From contig CP070834.1 in assembly GCA_020341755.1 (NCBI GenBank), forward strand, positions 2,061,144-2,105,810: a DNA stretch of 44,667 nucleotides, written 5' to 3'. The DNA is from a candidate division WOR-3 bacterium. Its GTDB lineage: Bacteria > Hydrothermota > Tepidihabitantia > SM23-42. The notes under the pieces are model-generated. The model saw only the letters and a list, made by a program, of their open reading frames with translations. It ran no database searches and had not been told where the DNA came from. Position numbers and translations under genes: made by a program. Of the stretch, positions 1 through 8,703 are shown in pieces (the stretch's first letter is position 1; every line of letters begins with the position of its first letter).

Positions 1-633
1 AAAACGTTTTTCCTCATCTATGCGAGGGAGGGTAGTGTTGATCCCTGGTGGGAGGATCCGTTCAGTAAGGTCATATACCCTTTGGAAATTGCGTCTTTCC
101 TTGATCATCAATTCCCCGCGCCAGAACAGGACTTCGAGCGCCATCTTTGCAGGTTTCCAGTCCCACCATGGTCCGCGTCTTCTGTCCCGGACATCGGCGA
201 AATCATGTGCTGAAAGTGCTCCTTCTTTTTTGATTCTCCTCCGTACTTTTTTGATAATCTGTTTATTACCCTTGAGCCATGTATCGATCCAGGAGCCCTC
301 TTGTGGCGGTCGTTTCATTTTTCGGATGTAATAGCGATAGTCCTTCATGGGGATATACGATGCCATATGAGCCCAGTATTCGAATATTTTCCTATCCTGT
401 GCAAGCAGTTCATCTAAAAATGAGTGCCGGTAATCAGGGCATCGGTTGAAAAGCACTATGTGATGGGAGCGTTCTATCACACTGATCGTATCTATCTGTA
501 CGTATCCGAGTGTATCGATGACCCTGAATGTCCCAGATTTTCCGGACAGCGGCTTTGCTTTTGTTAGAAGTTGTTTCGTTAAAAAAAATGTCCGTGCCCG
601 CGCGGGACTGATTACAGTGGTCTTTTTCTTCAC
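1..633 (-). CDS. YcaQ/AlkZ-family winged-helix DNA glycosylase-like protein (partial, 3' end off window; start could be TTG at 639)
   Basis: Manual translation from GTG at 633: MKKKTTVISPARAR...LGYVQIDTISVIERSHHIVLFNR...KIFEYWAHMASYIP. QxD and FEYWAHxAS motifs are typical of the YcaQ/HTH_42 family. Missing from the ORF track because it runs off the edge. Confidence 0.8.
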   Translation of the reverse strand, partial: MKKKTTVISPARARTFFLTKQLLTKAKPLSGKSGTFRVIDTLGYVQIDTISVIERSHHIVLFNRCPDYRHSFLDELLAQDRKIFEYWAHMASYIPMKDYRYYIRKMKRPPQEGSWIDTWLKGNKQIIKKVRRRIKKEGALSAHDFADVRDRRRGPWWDWKPAKMALEVLFWRGELMIKERRNFQRVYDLTERILPPGINTTLPRIDEEKRF

Positions 634-658
634 CTTCAAATAGTACGTTATGCTGCGA

Positions 659-1954
659 TTATCGGTTCAGGGCATCGACGAATGCAGAAACTACTTTTTC
701 GTCCAGCTGGCTGCCCTGGACTTCATGCAATTCTTGTACTGCCTGGGCTTTTGTCTTTGCCTTGCGGTAGGGTCGTTCTGAACGCATGGCATCATAGGTA
801 TCGGCCACCGCGAGTATCCTGGAGAGGAGCGGGATCTCCCTGTTTTTAATTCCGTTCGGATAACCGGTGCCGTCTATTCTCTCATGATGATGGTATATCA
901 CATCGAGAATATCCTTGAACTCGCTCATCGTGCTCAGTATCTGTTTGCCGAGTATCGGATGGGTCATGATATGTTCGATATCCTTAGACGACAGGTTTGA
1001 CTTTTTGTTCAGTATACCGTCAGGAATACCAATTTTCCCGATGTCATGGAGCAGGCAGGCATATTTCAGTCTGTCTATGTCGGGTGCAGGCAAATCCAGA
1101 TTGCGCGCGATCTTCACTGCATAGTCCATCACACGCAAGGAATGCCCTGCCGTGTAATGGTCTTTTGCATCGATGGTTTTCGCAATAAGTAAGACAAATT
1201 CAAGGAAGTTTTTGTTGGTTTTTTCGATAAGACTATCGAGCTGCCTTTCCGATACATCCCAGGCAGCAAAGACCCAAACATACATAGACAGAAACGTCCA
1301 CATGTAGCCGACAGTAAAAATGATTGCGGCGAGTATGAAGGGATGAACCAGCCACGGAATGACCGGCTTACCGAGTATCAAACCAAACATGTCGATCGCA
1401 ACAAGAGGAAACGCAATACCGATAGCGGTGATCATTGGTTTGTAATTTATGTGCTGTTCAGATTCGCTGTTCATTCGCTGTGCAATCCGTATGTAATATA
1501 TGTAGAAATATAGACATACGCAAAACATTATCACAATGAAAATGGGGTATAGAAATCCAGGTCCAGCATGCATAGCATCACCGTACATGTATATGTTGTC
1601 ACTGACGACCGTGCTTGTGAAAATAGTGAGCACGGTGAAGATTATCGCTGCAAGACCAAGACCCCGTACCAGGTACCTGTGTATTACTTTCCTGGTAATC
1701 GACAGAAGGAAAAAGGGAAAAAAGAAGAGAAAACTAAAGATGCCGGTATATTTGATTTTTGCCCACAATAGTATAAGCTGTGGTACCTGTATCACCTCTG
1801 ACTGATAGTGACCGAACAGGCTTACAAAGATACATAGAAATGGAAAACTGGTATACAGGAAGGTTTTGTTCTTCTGTTTGACATACAGATATAGGTGGGC
1901 AAGGAAAATGAGTAACGACACGACAGAAATAGCGAGAGCAATTTCTTTGGGCAT
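659..1954 (-). CDS. Membrane-bound HD-GYP phosphodiesterase with N-terminal ~7TM domain
   Basis: About 230 hydrophobic residues followed by DAKDHYTAGHS, LLHDIGK, HHHERIDGTGYP, DTYDAM, RPY motifs. Confidence 0.88.
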   Translation of the reverse strand: MPKEIALAISVVSLLIFLAHLYLYVKQKNKTFLYTSFPFLCIFVSLFGHYQSEVIQVPQLILLWAKIKYTGIFSFLFFFPFFLLSITRKVIHRYLVRGLGLAAIIFTVLTIFTSTVVSDNIYMYGDAMHAGPGFLYPIFIVIMFCVCLYFYIYYIRIAQRMNSESEQHINYKPMITAIGIAFPLVAIDMFGLILGKPVIPWLVHPFILAAIIFTVGYMWTFLSMYVWVFAAWDVSERQLDSLIEKTNKNFLEFVLLIAKTIDAKDHYTAGHSLRVMDYAVKIARNLDLPAPDIDRLKYACLLHDIGKIGIPDGILNKKSNLSSKDIEHIMTHPILGKQILSTMSEFKDILDVIYHHHERIDGTGYPNGIKNREIPLLSRILAVADTYDAMRSERPYRKAKTKAQAVQELHEVQGSQLDEKVVSAFVDALNR

Positions 1955-1963
1955 CTGAAATAC

Positions 1964-1991
1964 ATGGTATGTATTTTTTCTTTTCTGTCAA
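1964..1991 (-). promoter_or_regulatory. sigma70-like promoter TTGACA-N16-TACCAT, 9 nt before the ATG at 1954
   Basis: tgtcaa at 1986-1991 and atggta at 1964-1969 on +; no SD. Confidence 0.55.
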
Positions 1992-2054
1992 TATACCAGT
2001 TACTCGATTTTTTCTCACAGGCTGCACATATATCCGCACTCTATTTTTATAATG

Positions 2055-2669
2055 CTAACTGCTTGTCTTGAGTTTGAATATGAAGGGTCGTGCTATCCAG
2101 ACGCGAACGAATTTGTCACGCTGTTTCGCCGGTGTGAACGTACTATGACCGGCTGCCTTGACCGCTTCCTGGTCGAGCATCTGATTGCCGCTCGTTTTCA
2201 ATATCATCACATCCATGACACTGCCGTCGATATCGACCAGCATCTTGACGACCGTAGTTCCTTCAATACCGGCCTGTTTCGCCATCGGAGGATACACAGG
2301 CTTTGGCATGCTTACCGGAGTTGGTTTGACCTCGACCTTGTAGTATGGTACAATCTCTATCTCCGGACCAGTAGGTACGGTCTTGATGATGGGTTCGTGG
2401 AAATCGGTCTCGGCAATGGTCTCGACGGTCTGCTCAGTGATGTCATTGGCTGCTTCGATCGCCACCCTGGGTCGATCCATAGGCGGCGGTTCTTCATATT
2501 TTTCGATTTCAGCCGAAATGTGCTCGATCATCGTTACAATTTCCTGTTTTAACTTGAATGGTTCAGGCTCCTGGTAAGGAATCAGGATAAAACCAAGACT
2601 GAACGCGACCAGGCTGACAACAAAGCCTGTTCTGAGATACACGCCATAGGATTTCTTGTGGTCTTTCAT
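2055..2669 (-). CDS. tonB: Energy transducer TonB family protein
   Basis: N-terminal TM anchor, Pro/Glu-rich linker, TonB_C motif YPPMAKQAGIEGTTVVKMLVDIDG...FTPAKQ; SD AGGAGG upstream. Confidence 0.85.
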   Translation of the reverse strand: MKDHKKSYGVYLRTGFVVSLVAFSLGFILIPYQEPEPFKLKQEIVTMIEHISAEIEKYEEPPPMDRPRVAIEAANDITEQTVETIAETDFHEPIIKTVPTGPEIEIVPYYKVEVKPTPVSMPKPVYPPMAKQAGIEGTTVVKMLVDIDGSVMDVMILKTSGNQMLDQEAVKAAGHSTFTPAKQRDKFVRVWIARPFIFKLKTSS

Positions 2670-2737
2670 GATAACCTCCTGCTACTTATATATACAGCAA
2701 GCAGGTGGAAATATTCCCTCTACCATCCTGCAGATGG

Positions 2738-2772
2738 AGTAGGCAGTAGGTGTTAGACAGTAAACAGTAAAA
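2738..2772. repeat. Degenerate 7-nt tandem repeat, 5 units (agtaggc agtaggt gttagac agtaaac agtaaaa)
   Basis: Read directly in the intergenic region. Confidence 0.5.
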
Positions 2773-2799
2773 AGGTCAAGAACGGCACCGTTACTCAGG

Positions 2800-4350
2800 C
2801 TATTTCAGCAGAAGGATTTTCTCCGTTACGGTTTGCTGTCCGATAGTACATGTCAGGATATACACGCCACCCGGCAGGGGAGAGCCGGTTTCATCATCGC
2901 CATGCCACGTAAAAAGACTAGGGCTAAGGGCATGGGGCATAGGGCAATCAATGGTCTTCACCATACGTCCGGCAAGATCGAAAATAGTCATTTCCAGAAT
3001 CTGGTTGTGCAGAGCGACATTGTGAAATTGAAGGGAGATGGTCGTGGATGTCCTGAATGGATTGGGAAAAGCAGAAATATGAAGCGTGGCCAGGGGAGAG
3101 GTTGCATCGTTTTCTGCAGTGCTGGTCGGGCTCTGGAGAGCAAGCACCGTGGTGCCGGTCCCGCACAGGACGAGAATACCCTCCTGTCCCAGGGCTGGTC
3201 CGCAGACATTGTTCCCGGGTACGGGTATAGTCCATCGCAGGGTGAGATCCGGGTCGAATGAATAGGCATTGCCGCTGCCACCGGTCTGACCGTCGGTCAG
3301 ATATACGATCCCCTGTGCATCAATAGCGCAGCGCGGTTTGAAAAGGGTGCCGGCAGGTATGACCTGAGATGAATCAATTATTATGCCGGTTTCATGGTCA
3401 ATGCGGATGATCCGGTTTGTCGTTGTATAACTGTATACACTGCTATCCGGACCCACTCCGAACGAAGCGAAGGGAACGTAGCCAAGCGGCACACTCCATT
3501 TCCAGACAAGTGCAGTATCGATGTCCATTAATGCGACCAGCGAGTCGGTTATCGGGTTATTCTGCGTTCTGGTAGCATATACTGTTCCGTCAGGACCGAC
3601 GAACGGAGCAACTTGCTGCACGATCCCTCCGCCGATCGGAGGACTGGTATAGAGTTCAGCGCCGGTATCCAGGTCAAATGCCGCGATCACGGGTCCACCA
3701 GCCTTCCAGCCGTACCCCATATTGCCGGATACCGCGATTTCACTGCCGTTCGATGTGGGACTGTAGCGGGTGGTCTTCCACATAGTTGAACCATCACTTG
3801 CATTTATACGCATAACATTCGAGAAATTGCCGACTATCAGGTCACCATTTGCGGCGAATGATACACCTTCTGTTGATCCTTCATCGATCAGGCTGTCGGA
3901 TTGCCAGATTATAGAACCGTCCAGTACGTCAAGGGCATACAGGTAGGATGCATTGGTATTACCGGAACGCGTTACGTAGACTTTGCCGTCCCGGATTGCA
4001 GAAACCCGGTTCCGCCAGTCAGTAGACGGGAAATCGACGGGCAGGTCAGCAGTCCAGAGTGTATCACCGCTATACAGGTTATGGCATACAATATAGGTAC
4101 CGTGCAGGACATCATTCAAATTAAAAATACGAGCCATGACTGCAAAACTATCCTCAATAACAACCTGCTGAGCAATGACGGCAGATAGACCGCCCGACCA
4201 GAGAGTATCTACATATACAGGGCCTGTTTCGCCAGAAAGTCCATTTCTTGCGGGATTTCCTCCGGTACCAACACGCCAGTGATCAGCCAGTACAACCGAT
4301 GAAAGAATTATGATCAGTGAAATTACACGAACAATGCTGAGTTTTTTCAT
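2800..4350 (-). CDS. Secreted PQQ/BamB-like beta-propeller protein with C-terminal T9SS/FlgD-like sorting domain
   Basis: SD AGGAGG before ATG at 4350, signal peptide MKKLSIV...VLA, repeated ALD..G...W blades, C-terminal AFPNPFRTSTTI...IFDLAGRMVK...WHGDD...GGVY. Confidence 0.75.
   Translation of the reverse strand: MKKLSIVRVISLIIILSSVVLADHWRVGTGGNPARNGLSGETGPVYVDTLWSGGLSAVIAQQVVIEDSFAVMARIFNLNDVLHGTYIVCHNLYSGDTLWTADLPVDFPSTDWRNRVSAIRDGKVYVTRSGNTNASYLYALDVLDGSIIWQSDSLIDEGSTEGVSFAANGDLIVGNFSNVMRINASDGSTMWKTTRYSPTSNGSEIAVSGNMGYGWKAGGPVIAAFDLDTGAELYTSPPIGGGIVQQVAPFVGPDGTVYATRTQNNPITDSLVALMDIDTALVWKWSVPLGYVPFASFGVGPDSSVYSYTTTNRIIRIDHETGIIIDSSQVIPAGTLFKPRCAIDAQGIVYLTDGQTGGSGNAYSFDPDLTLRWTIPVPGNNVCGPALGQEGILVLCGTGTTVLALQSPTSTAENDATSPLATLHISAFPNPFRTSTTISLQFHNVALHNQILEMTIFDLAGRMVKTIDCPMPHALSPSLFTWHGDDETGSPLPGGVYILTCTIGQQTVTEKILLLK
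2919..2946. repeat. 7-nt tandem repeat, 4 units (tagggct aagggca tggggca tagggca), inside the coding sequence of the C-terminal domain
   Basis: Read directly; encodes CPMPHALSP on the minus strand. Confidence 0.65.
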
Positions 4351-4568
4351 AGAACCTCCTCTGTTTAGAGTGTAATCGGTTTTCATTCAATGTAAACATC
4401 CATCATCGTCCATCATCGTATGAAAATTGGCCATTTATATATGCCATTTATCAGGGGAGAACCTCTTTATGGTCATCTATGTATATACGATTTCATAATG
4501 TCTATTGAACTACTCGATTGAGACTGTAAGGTTTTAAAAAATGCCATGAAAGGAATCATGAGGGAGAG

Positions 4569-4643
4569 GTGACTGCTAAACTTGTAATCATTACAATTTA
4601 CTTGCTAGTTTACATATTATTTATTATCGGACATAGGAAATAA
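4569..4643 (+). CDS. Possible 24-aa hydrophobic small protein MTAKLVIITIYLLVYILFIIGHRK
   Basis: GTG start preceded by GAGG; candidate promoter TTGAAC-N16-TAAGGT at 4505-4532; could be a chance ORF in AT-rich DNA. Confidence 0.3.
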   Translation: MTAKLVIITIYLLVYILFIIGHRK

Positions 4644-5031
4644 TAGACAAAATCTCCTCAAGCTCGCTAAAATACGACGTTTCCGGCTGTTTTGGTTCTC
4701 TGTCATGGATTTTATCTTGAGCCTGGTATGGTTGAACATACGATCATCTGCCCTGTTTGACTGCTGATCTATTTTATATTGATTGCGTTTGTATAATGAA
4801 TACTCATGAGCTCTTCGGCAAATCGTACCATCTCTTCCTGATGAAAATATGTTTGTATCATTTAGTTGTTTGCTGAGTTATATAATATACCTTACCGTAT
4901 CATGAAGTCTATATGTGATTTATATATTGTTCGTATACGAATGTTTTTCTTCATTCAAGGAGATCTATACAGGATAATGTTTTGCGGTTGGTCATTTTCA
5001 ATATTGTCAGGAGTATTCGAATATTCCATAT

Positions 5032-5064
5032 AAAAAGCACAAACCTCCATGCGGAGGTTTGTGC
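5032..5064 (-). terminator. Intrinsic terminator
   Basis: Perfect 12-bp stem gcacaaacctcc/ggaggtttgtgc, 4-nt loop, followed by TTTTT on the minus strand. Confidence 0.85.
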
Positions 5065-5165
5065 GGTTCAAGAACAGTCTGCATGTTGCAGACAGTTATT
5101 TAGTCTGGACAAGCCAGGCCTGGCTCATAATGCGTATATTGAATATAACGCTTAGCTCCAGACTA
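5032..5165 (-). ncRNA. Candidate structured small RNA or cis-regulatory RNA, family not recognised
   Basis: Promoter directly upstream, perfect 9-bp closing stem (5101-5109/5157-5165) around two hairpins, third hairpin 5073-5097, terminator 5032-5064; no ORF in the track. Confidence 0.65.
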
Positions 5166-5170
5166 TGTAT

Positions 5171-5198
5171 ATTATACTCATTGCATTCGTCAGGTCAA
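5171..5198 (-). promoter_or_regulatory. sigma70-like promoter TTGACC-N16-TATAAT for the candidate ncRNA
   Basis: ggtcaa 5193-5198 and attata 5171-5176 on +. Confidence 0.7.
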
Positions 5199-5302
5199 GT
5201 ACCAATCAACCTTTTATAATATTATTTTTTACTTTAATATTTATATATATATCATTATTTATAAGGATGTTATCGATATTGTATTAAAGTAAAAAGGTAA
5301 TG

Positions 5303-5653
5303 CTATTTGTTGGTGGTTTCAGGGCTTTCATCCTGAATCAGGTCTTTGAACAGTTGTTTTGCCTTTTCCGCCTCTTGTTTAATCACGAGTACTCGTGCTG
5401 GATAGATATGCGAGAATACATATACAGAGTGTTCACCTTTTATAAAATATGGGATTCCAACATCATCAAGAATGGATTTCACCACGGTCAATACGCCGGC
5501 ATCATAGGTGCTCATTATCTCAACAAACTCAGCATCTTTGTTTATTATTTCTTTTTCCGGTTCTTCTTGCAGTCTATTCACGAGATCAACATCACACTCC
5601 GGACAGCGGTAAATGCCGTGCACGTATTCTGATTTACACTGAGGACACCACAT
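5303..5653 (-). CDS. Zinc-ribbon plus DUF2007-like (putative signal-transducing) protein
   Basis: MWCPQCKSEY...CPECDVDL, then VKSILDDVGIPYFIKGE...VLV..EAEKAK. Confidence 0.7.
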   Translation of the reverse strand: MWCPQCKSEYVHGIYRCPECDVDLVNRLQEEPEKEIINKDAEFVEIMSTYDAGVLTVVKSILDDVGIPYFIKGEHSVYVFSHIYPARVLVIKQEAEKAKQLFKDLIQDESPETTNK

Positions 5654-5692
5654 TTGAATTTAGCATGTAGAATGTTGCAGTCTTCGACTGCA

Positions 5693-6934
5693 TTACTTCA
5701 CTCCCTTGAGGAATGCTGGGAAATTGTCTCTGGCTATGAGTTCCTGGACACCGGTGGTCATATTTTTCACCGTATAGATACCCTGTTCTGCTTCATTTTC
5801 ACCGTATACTATGACATATTCTGCTTTTTGTCTGTTCGCATCCTTGAACTGTTTCTTTATATTTTCACAGGGATTACCTATTATGCAGACAAAATTGTGC
5901 TCCAGTATCGTATTTCTCAGCTCCAGACCCTGATTCAGGTACGTCTCCCCCATCACTGCGATGAAAAACCGTTTTGGATCCTGTATGGGAGGGAGTTCAT
6001 CTGGCATGGCAATGAGCAAACGGTCGACACCCATTGCCCATCCGAGCGCAGGTGTATCCTGCCCGCCGAGTTCCTTCATGAGTATATCGTATCTGCCTCC
6101 AGCGAGGATAGTATCCTGGCTGCCAAGGGATCCATGTTTGAACTCAAAGACCGTCCGAGTGTAATAATCAAGGCCCCGTACCAGTTTTTTATTCTCGTGG
6201 AATTCAACATCGAAGACCTTGAGGAAACTTTTTACCTGGTGGTAGTGAGCATTACAATCCTCACAAAGACTGTCGGTTATCTTGGGTGCACTATCATATA
6301 TTTCCTGGCAGCGCGCATTCTTGCAGTCGAAAATGCGCAGGAAATTCTTGTCCAGGCGCCGTTTACAATCCGCACATATGGCATTTTCAAACTCCTCAAG
6401 GTATGCGCGCAGTGTCTTTTTGAAGTCAGCGCGGCATTCTGGACAACCTATCGAGTTCAATTCCACACGGATCTGCCGTGCTTGAAGGAAATCCATGAAT
6501 TTTTTTCCCTGAAAGATCATTTCCGCATCATAAAACGGTGCGCCTTCACCAATGAGCTCGGTTCCAACCTGAATGAATTCGCGGAATCTGCCTTTTTGCG
6601 GTTTTTCCTTCCTGAACATGGCACCGATGTACAATAACCGCGCCGGCAAAGGAACTCTGTTTTCGATGAGCGCTCGCAAGGTCGATGCCGTTCCTTCAGG
6701 ACGCAGCATCAGCGTGCGTTTGTCGATCTCGAACGTATAATTCTCTTTCTCAACGATATCGGTATGCGCGCCTATCGATCTGATGAAAAGGTCGGCATGT
6801 TCGAATGTCGGTGTTCGAATCTCTTCATAGCCATACCGCGCAAAAAAATCACGCGCGCTGCTGCACAGAGATTCTATGCGTTTCAGTTCCTTTCCAAAAA
6901 GATCTCTCGTCCCTTTAGGTTTCTGGTACTTCAT
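5693..6934 (-). CDS. hisS: Histidine--tRNA ligase
   Basis: PKGTRD, LRPEGTA, FRKEKPQKGRFREF, LVRGLDYYTRTVFE, GGRYD. Confidence 0.97.
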   Translation of the reverse strand: MKYQKPKGTRDLFGKELKRIESLCSSARDFFARYGYEEIRTPTFEHADLFIRSIGAHTDIVEKENYTFEIDKRTLMLRPEGTASTLRALIENRVPLPARLLYIGAMFRKEKPQKGRFREFIQVGTELIGEGAPFYDAEMIFQGKKFMDFLQARQIRVELNSIGCPECRADFKKTLRAYLEEFENAICADCKRRLDKNFLRIFDCKNARCQEIYDSAPKITDSLCEDCNAHYHQVKSFLKVFDVEFHENKKLVRGLDYYTRTVFEFKHGSLGSQDTILAGGRYDILMKELGGQDTPALGWAMGVDRLLIAMPDELPPIQDPKRFFIAVMGETYLNQGLELRNTILEHNFVCIIGNPCENIKKQFKDANRQKAEYVIVYGENEAEQGIYTVKNMTTGVQELIARDNFPAFLKGVK

Positions 6935-7277
6935 GTTTTATTTTCCTGTAGCCTGTAAATATAAAGTAGGCAAAACACAATCCAACCAAACCAGCGATGA
7001 TATCCAGAAGTTCAAATGTCCGTCCGGGTATGAGAATTTGCTGAAATTCGGCGATCAGTATGACCGATACACCGAGGGTGAAGAAGTACAATGTCTTCAT
7101 GATACGGAATTCCAGCCCCCCGAGTATGAGAAAGAGCACGAAATGATATACCTTATCAATCCAGTATTTGTCAAGATGGGATGTTTGCAAAGCCGGATAC
7201 CCGGTGAGGACGAATATGACGATAATCCAGCATATAAGCAGGGCTATCTTGATCGAAGTCTTCAATCTACCTCCCAC
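6915..7277 (-). CDS. VanZ-family membrane protein (start uncertain)
   Basis: DKVYHF..F, EFQQILIPGRTFELLDI motifs. Confidence 0.8.
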   Translation of the reverse strand: MGGRLKTSIKIALLICWIIVIFVLTGYPALQTSHLDKYWIDKVYHFVLFLILGGLEFRIMKTLYFFTLGVSVILIAEFQQILIPGRTFELLDIIAGLVGLCFAYFIFTGYRKIKHEVPET

Positions 7278-7699
7278 TTTTTAATCGTCTGTATGACCTC
7301 GTCTTGTGTGGAACAATTCATCAGGTCGGACCGGAGGCTGTCGTCATTGAACAACCTAAGGCTCTGGGCAAGGAGTGAAGCGGCATTATCTTTCTCTGAA
7401 AAGAGAAACAGTACGATGATCCTGGTCTGCTGCTGGTCGAAACTGCTAAGCGGAAGGCCATCCGGGCTGAGCGCGAGAATGATCTCGGTTCTATCCTTGT
7501 TTTTTACATGACAGCGAGGTAGCGTTATACCTTTTCCGAGTGACGTCGGCATCAGCGTTTCTCGGTCCAGTATCTCCTGCACGAGCGCCGTATTAGCCTT
7601 TTCTTCGCTGACCTCGAGCATTTTCAAGAGGCTCTTCTCAATGGTATCGGCTGTGAAATTCAGCAAGATCTTGTCTTTGTGCAGGTATTCACCGAGCAT
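7262..7699 (-). CDS. PTS EIIA (Ntr/fructose-type) domain protein, phospho-His apparently substituted
   Basis: ILDRETLMPTSLGKGITLPRC matches RE...T.LG.GIAIPH with H replaced by R. Confidence 0.8.
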   Translation of the reverse strand: MLGEYLHKDKILLNFTADTIEKSLLKMLEVSEEKANTALVQEILDRETLMPTSLGKGITLPRCHVKNKDRTEIILALSPDGLPLSSFDQQQTRIIVLFLFSEKDNAASLLAQSLRLFNDDSLRSDLMNCSTQDEVIQTIKKWEVD

Positions 7700-7708
7700 G
7701 GTATTACA

Positions 7709-7888
7709 TTATCCTTCTTGATAAGGATGTTCGATTGGTTCGAACATATCCGGTGCCGCACCGCATTCGGGACATCCCCATGAGTCGGGCAGCTTCTTGA
7801 AATCCCGTACCGGTGCTATACCGGCTTCCGGATCACCGACCCGCGGATCGTAAACATACCCACAAACAATGCACCGCCATTTTTTCAT
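7709..7888 (-). CDS. Rubredoxin
   Basis: [18 protein letters not shown]...[12 protein letters not shown]; SD AGGAGG before ATG at 7888. Confidence 0.92.
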   Translation of the reverse strand: MKKWRCIVCGYVYDPRVGDPEAGIAPVRDFKKLPDSWGCPECGAAPDMFEPIEHPYQEG

Positions 7889-7893
7889 TTCGA

Positions 7894-8628
7894 TCAGACC
7901 TCCTGGTCTGCAGCACACAATTGGCTACAGACCTGCAGAACGTACGCAATCAACGTATCCATACCTTTTTTCAGATCCTCGTCAGTCACGAATTTGGTGA
8001 ACTCTTCGCCGCCGCCGACAATATCCGAAACCAAAAGGAACGATGCTGCTTCAGCACCGGCTCTGTTCGCGAGATAGTATATCAGGCTGGTCTCCATTTC
8101 AACGGCAACGACACCTTGTTTCCTTAACTGTTCGACATAATCCGGAAATGGATTGTAAAAGACATCGACACTGGCAATACCGCTGAAATGGACGGGAATA
8201 CCCTCTTTTTCAGCAATGTCGGCGGCTACTTTGAGTATTCTGAAGGTCGCATACGGTGCGATGGGTCTGCCTCCAATATACGTACTGGTCGCACCGTCAT
8301 AGGGCGCTGCGGAAATTGCTGCGATCATGTCACAGGGTTTGATATGCGCGCCGATACCTCCACACGTCCCTATCCTGATGAGCCGCTGAACCTTGAGCTG
8401 AAGGAGTTCTTCGACGACGATTGCCGCGGACGGGCAGCCCATTCCTGTGGTCTGGACCGAAACGGGTAGTCCCTTATAAGTACCGGTATAGCCGAGCAGT
8501 CCTCTGTTCTCGTTAACGAGTCTGGAGTTCTGTAACATACTGCTGATCGTTTCGGCACGAACGGGATCTCCGACCAGCAGAACCGTATTTGCATAGTCAT
8601 TCTCAGATACACGTAAATGTATTGGCAC
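7894..8628 (-). CDS. deoD: DeoD-type purine nucleoside phosphorylase
   Basis: [36 protein letters not shown]. Confidence 0.88.
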   Translation of the reverse strand: MPIHLRVSENDYANTVLLVGDPVRAETISSMLQNSRLVNENRGLLGYTGTYKGLPVSVQTTGMGCPSAAIVVEELLQLKVQRLIRIGTCGGIGAHIKPCDMIAAISAAPYDGATSTYIGGRPIAPYATFRILKVAADIAEKEGIPVHFSGIASVDVFYNPFPDYVEQLRKQGVVAVEMETSLIYYLANRAGAEAASFLLVSDIVGGGEEFTKFVTDEDLKKGMDTLIAYVLQVCSQLCAADQEV

Positions 8629-8703
8629 GTAACCTCCTCACGGTATATGCAACAAATAATACATTTCGGGAAAAACGGATAGGCTGCTGATCTTCGACAT
8701 CGA

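Noticed and set aside
20-331. 103-aa plus-strand ORF
   Set aside because: Antisense to the YcaQ-like gene
4769-4861. 30-aa minus-strand ORF MIQTYFHQEEMVRFAEELMSIHYTNAINIK downstream of the terminator
   Set aside because: No SD and no recognisable motif; expected by chance
5032-5165. tracrRNA, retron ncRNA or CRISPR-related RNA
   Set aside because: No cas, reverse transcriptase or TnpB gene and no repeat-spacer array anywhere in the window
4390-5300. AT-rich gap as a possible oriC
   Set aside because: I saw no TTATCCACA-type DnaA boxes, and dnaA is not in the window
5654-7511. Long plus-strand ORFs (327 aa and 211 aa)
   Set aside because: Antisense shadows of hisS, vanZ and the EIIA gene with no protein motifs
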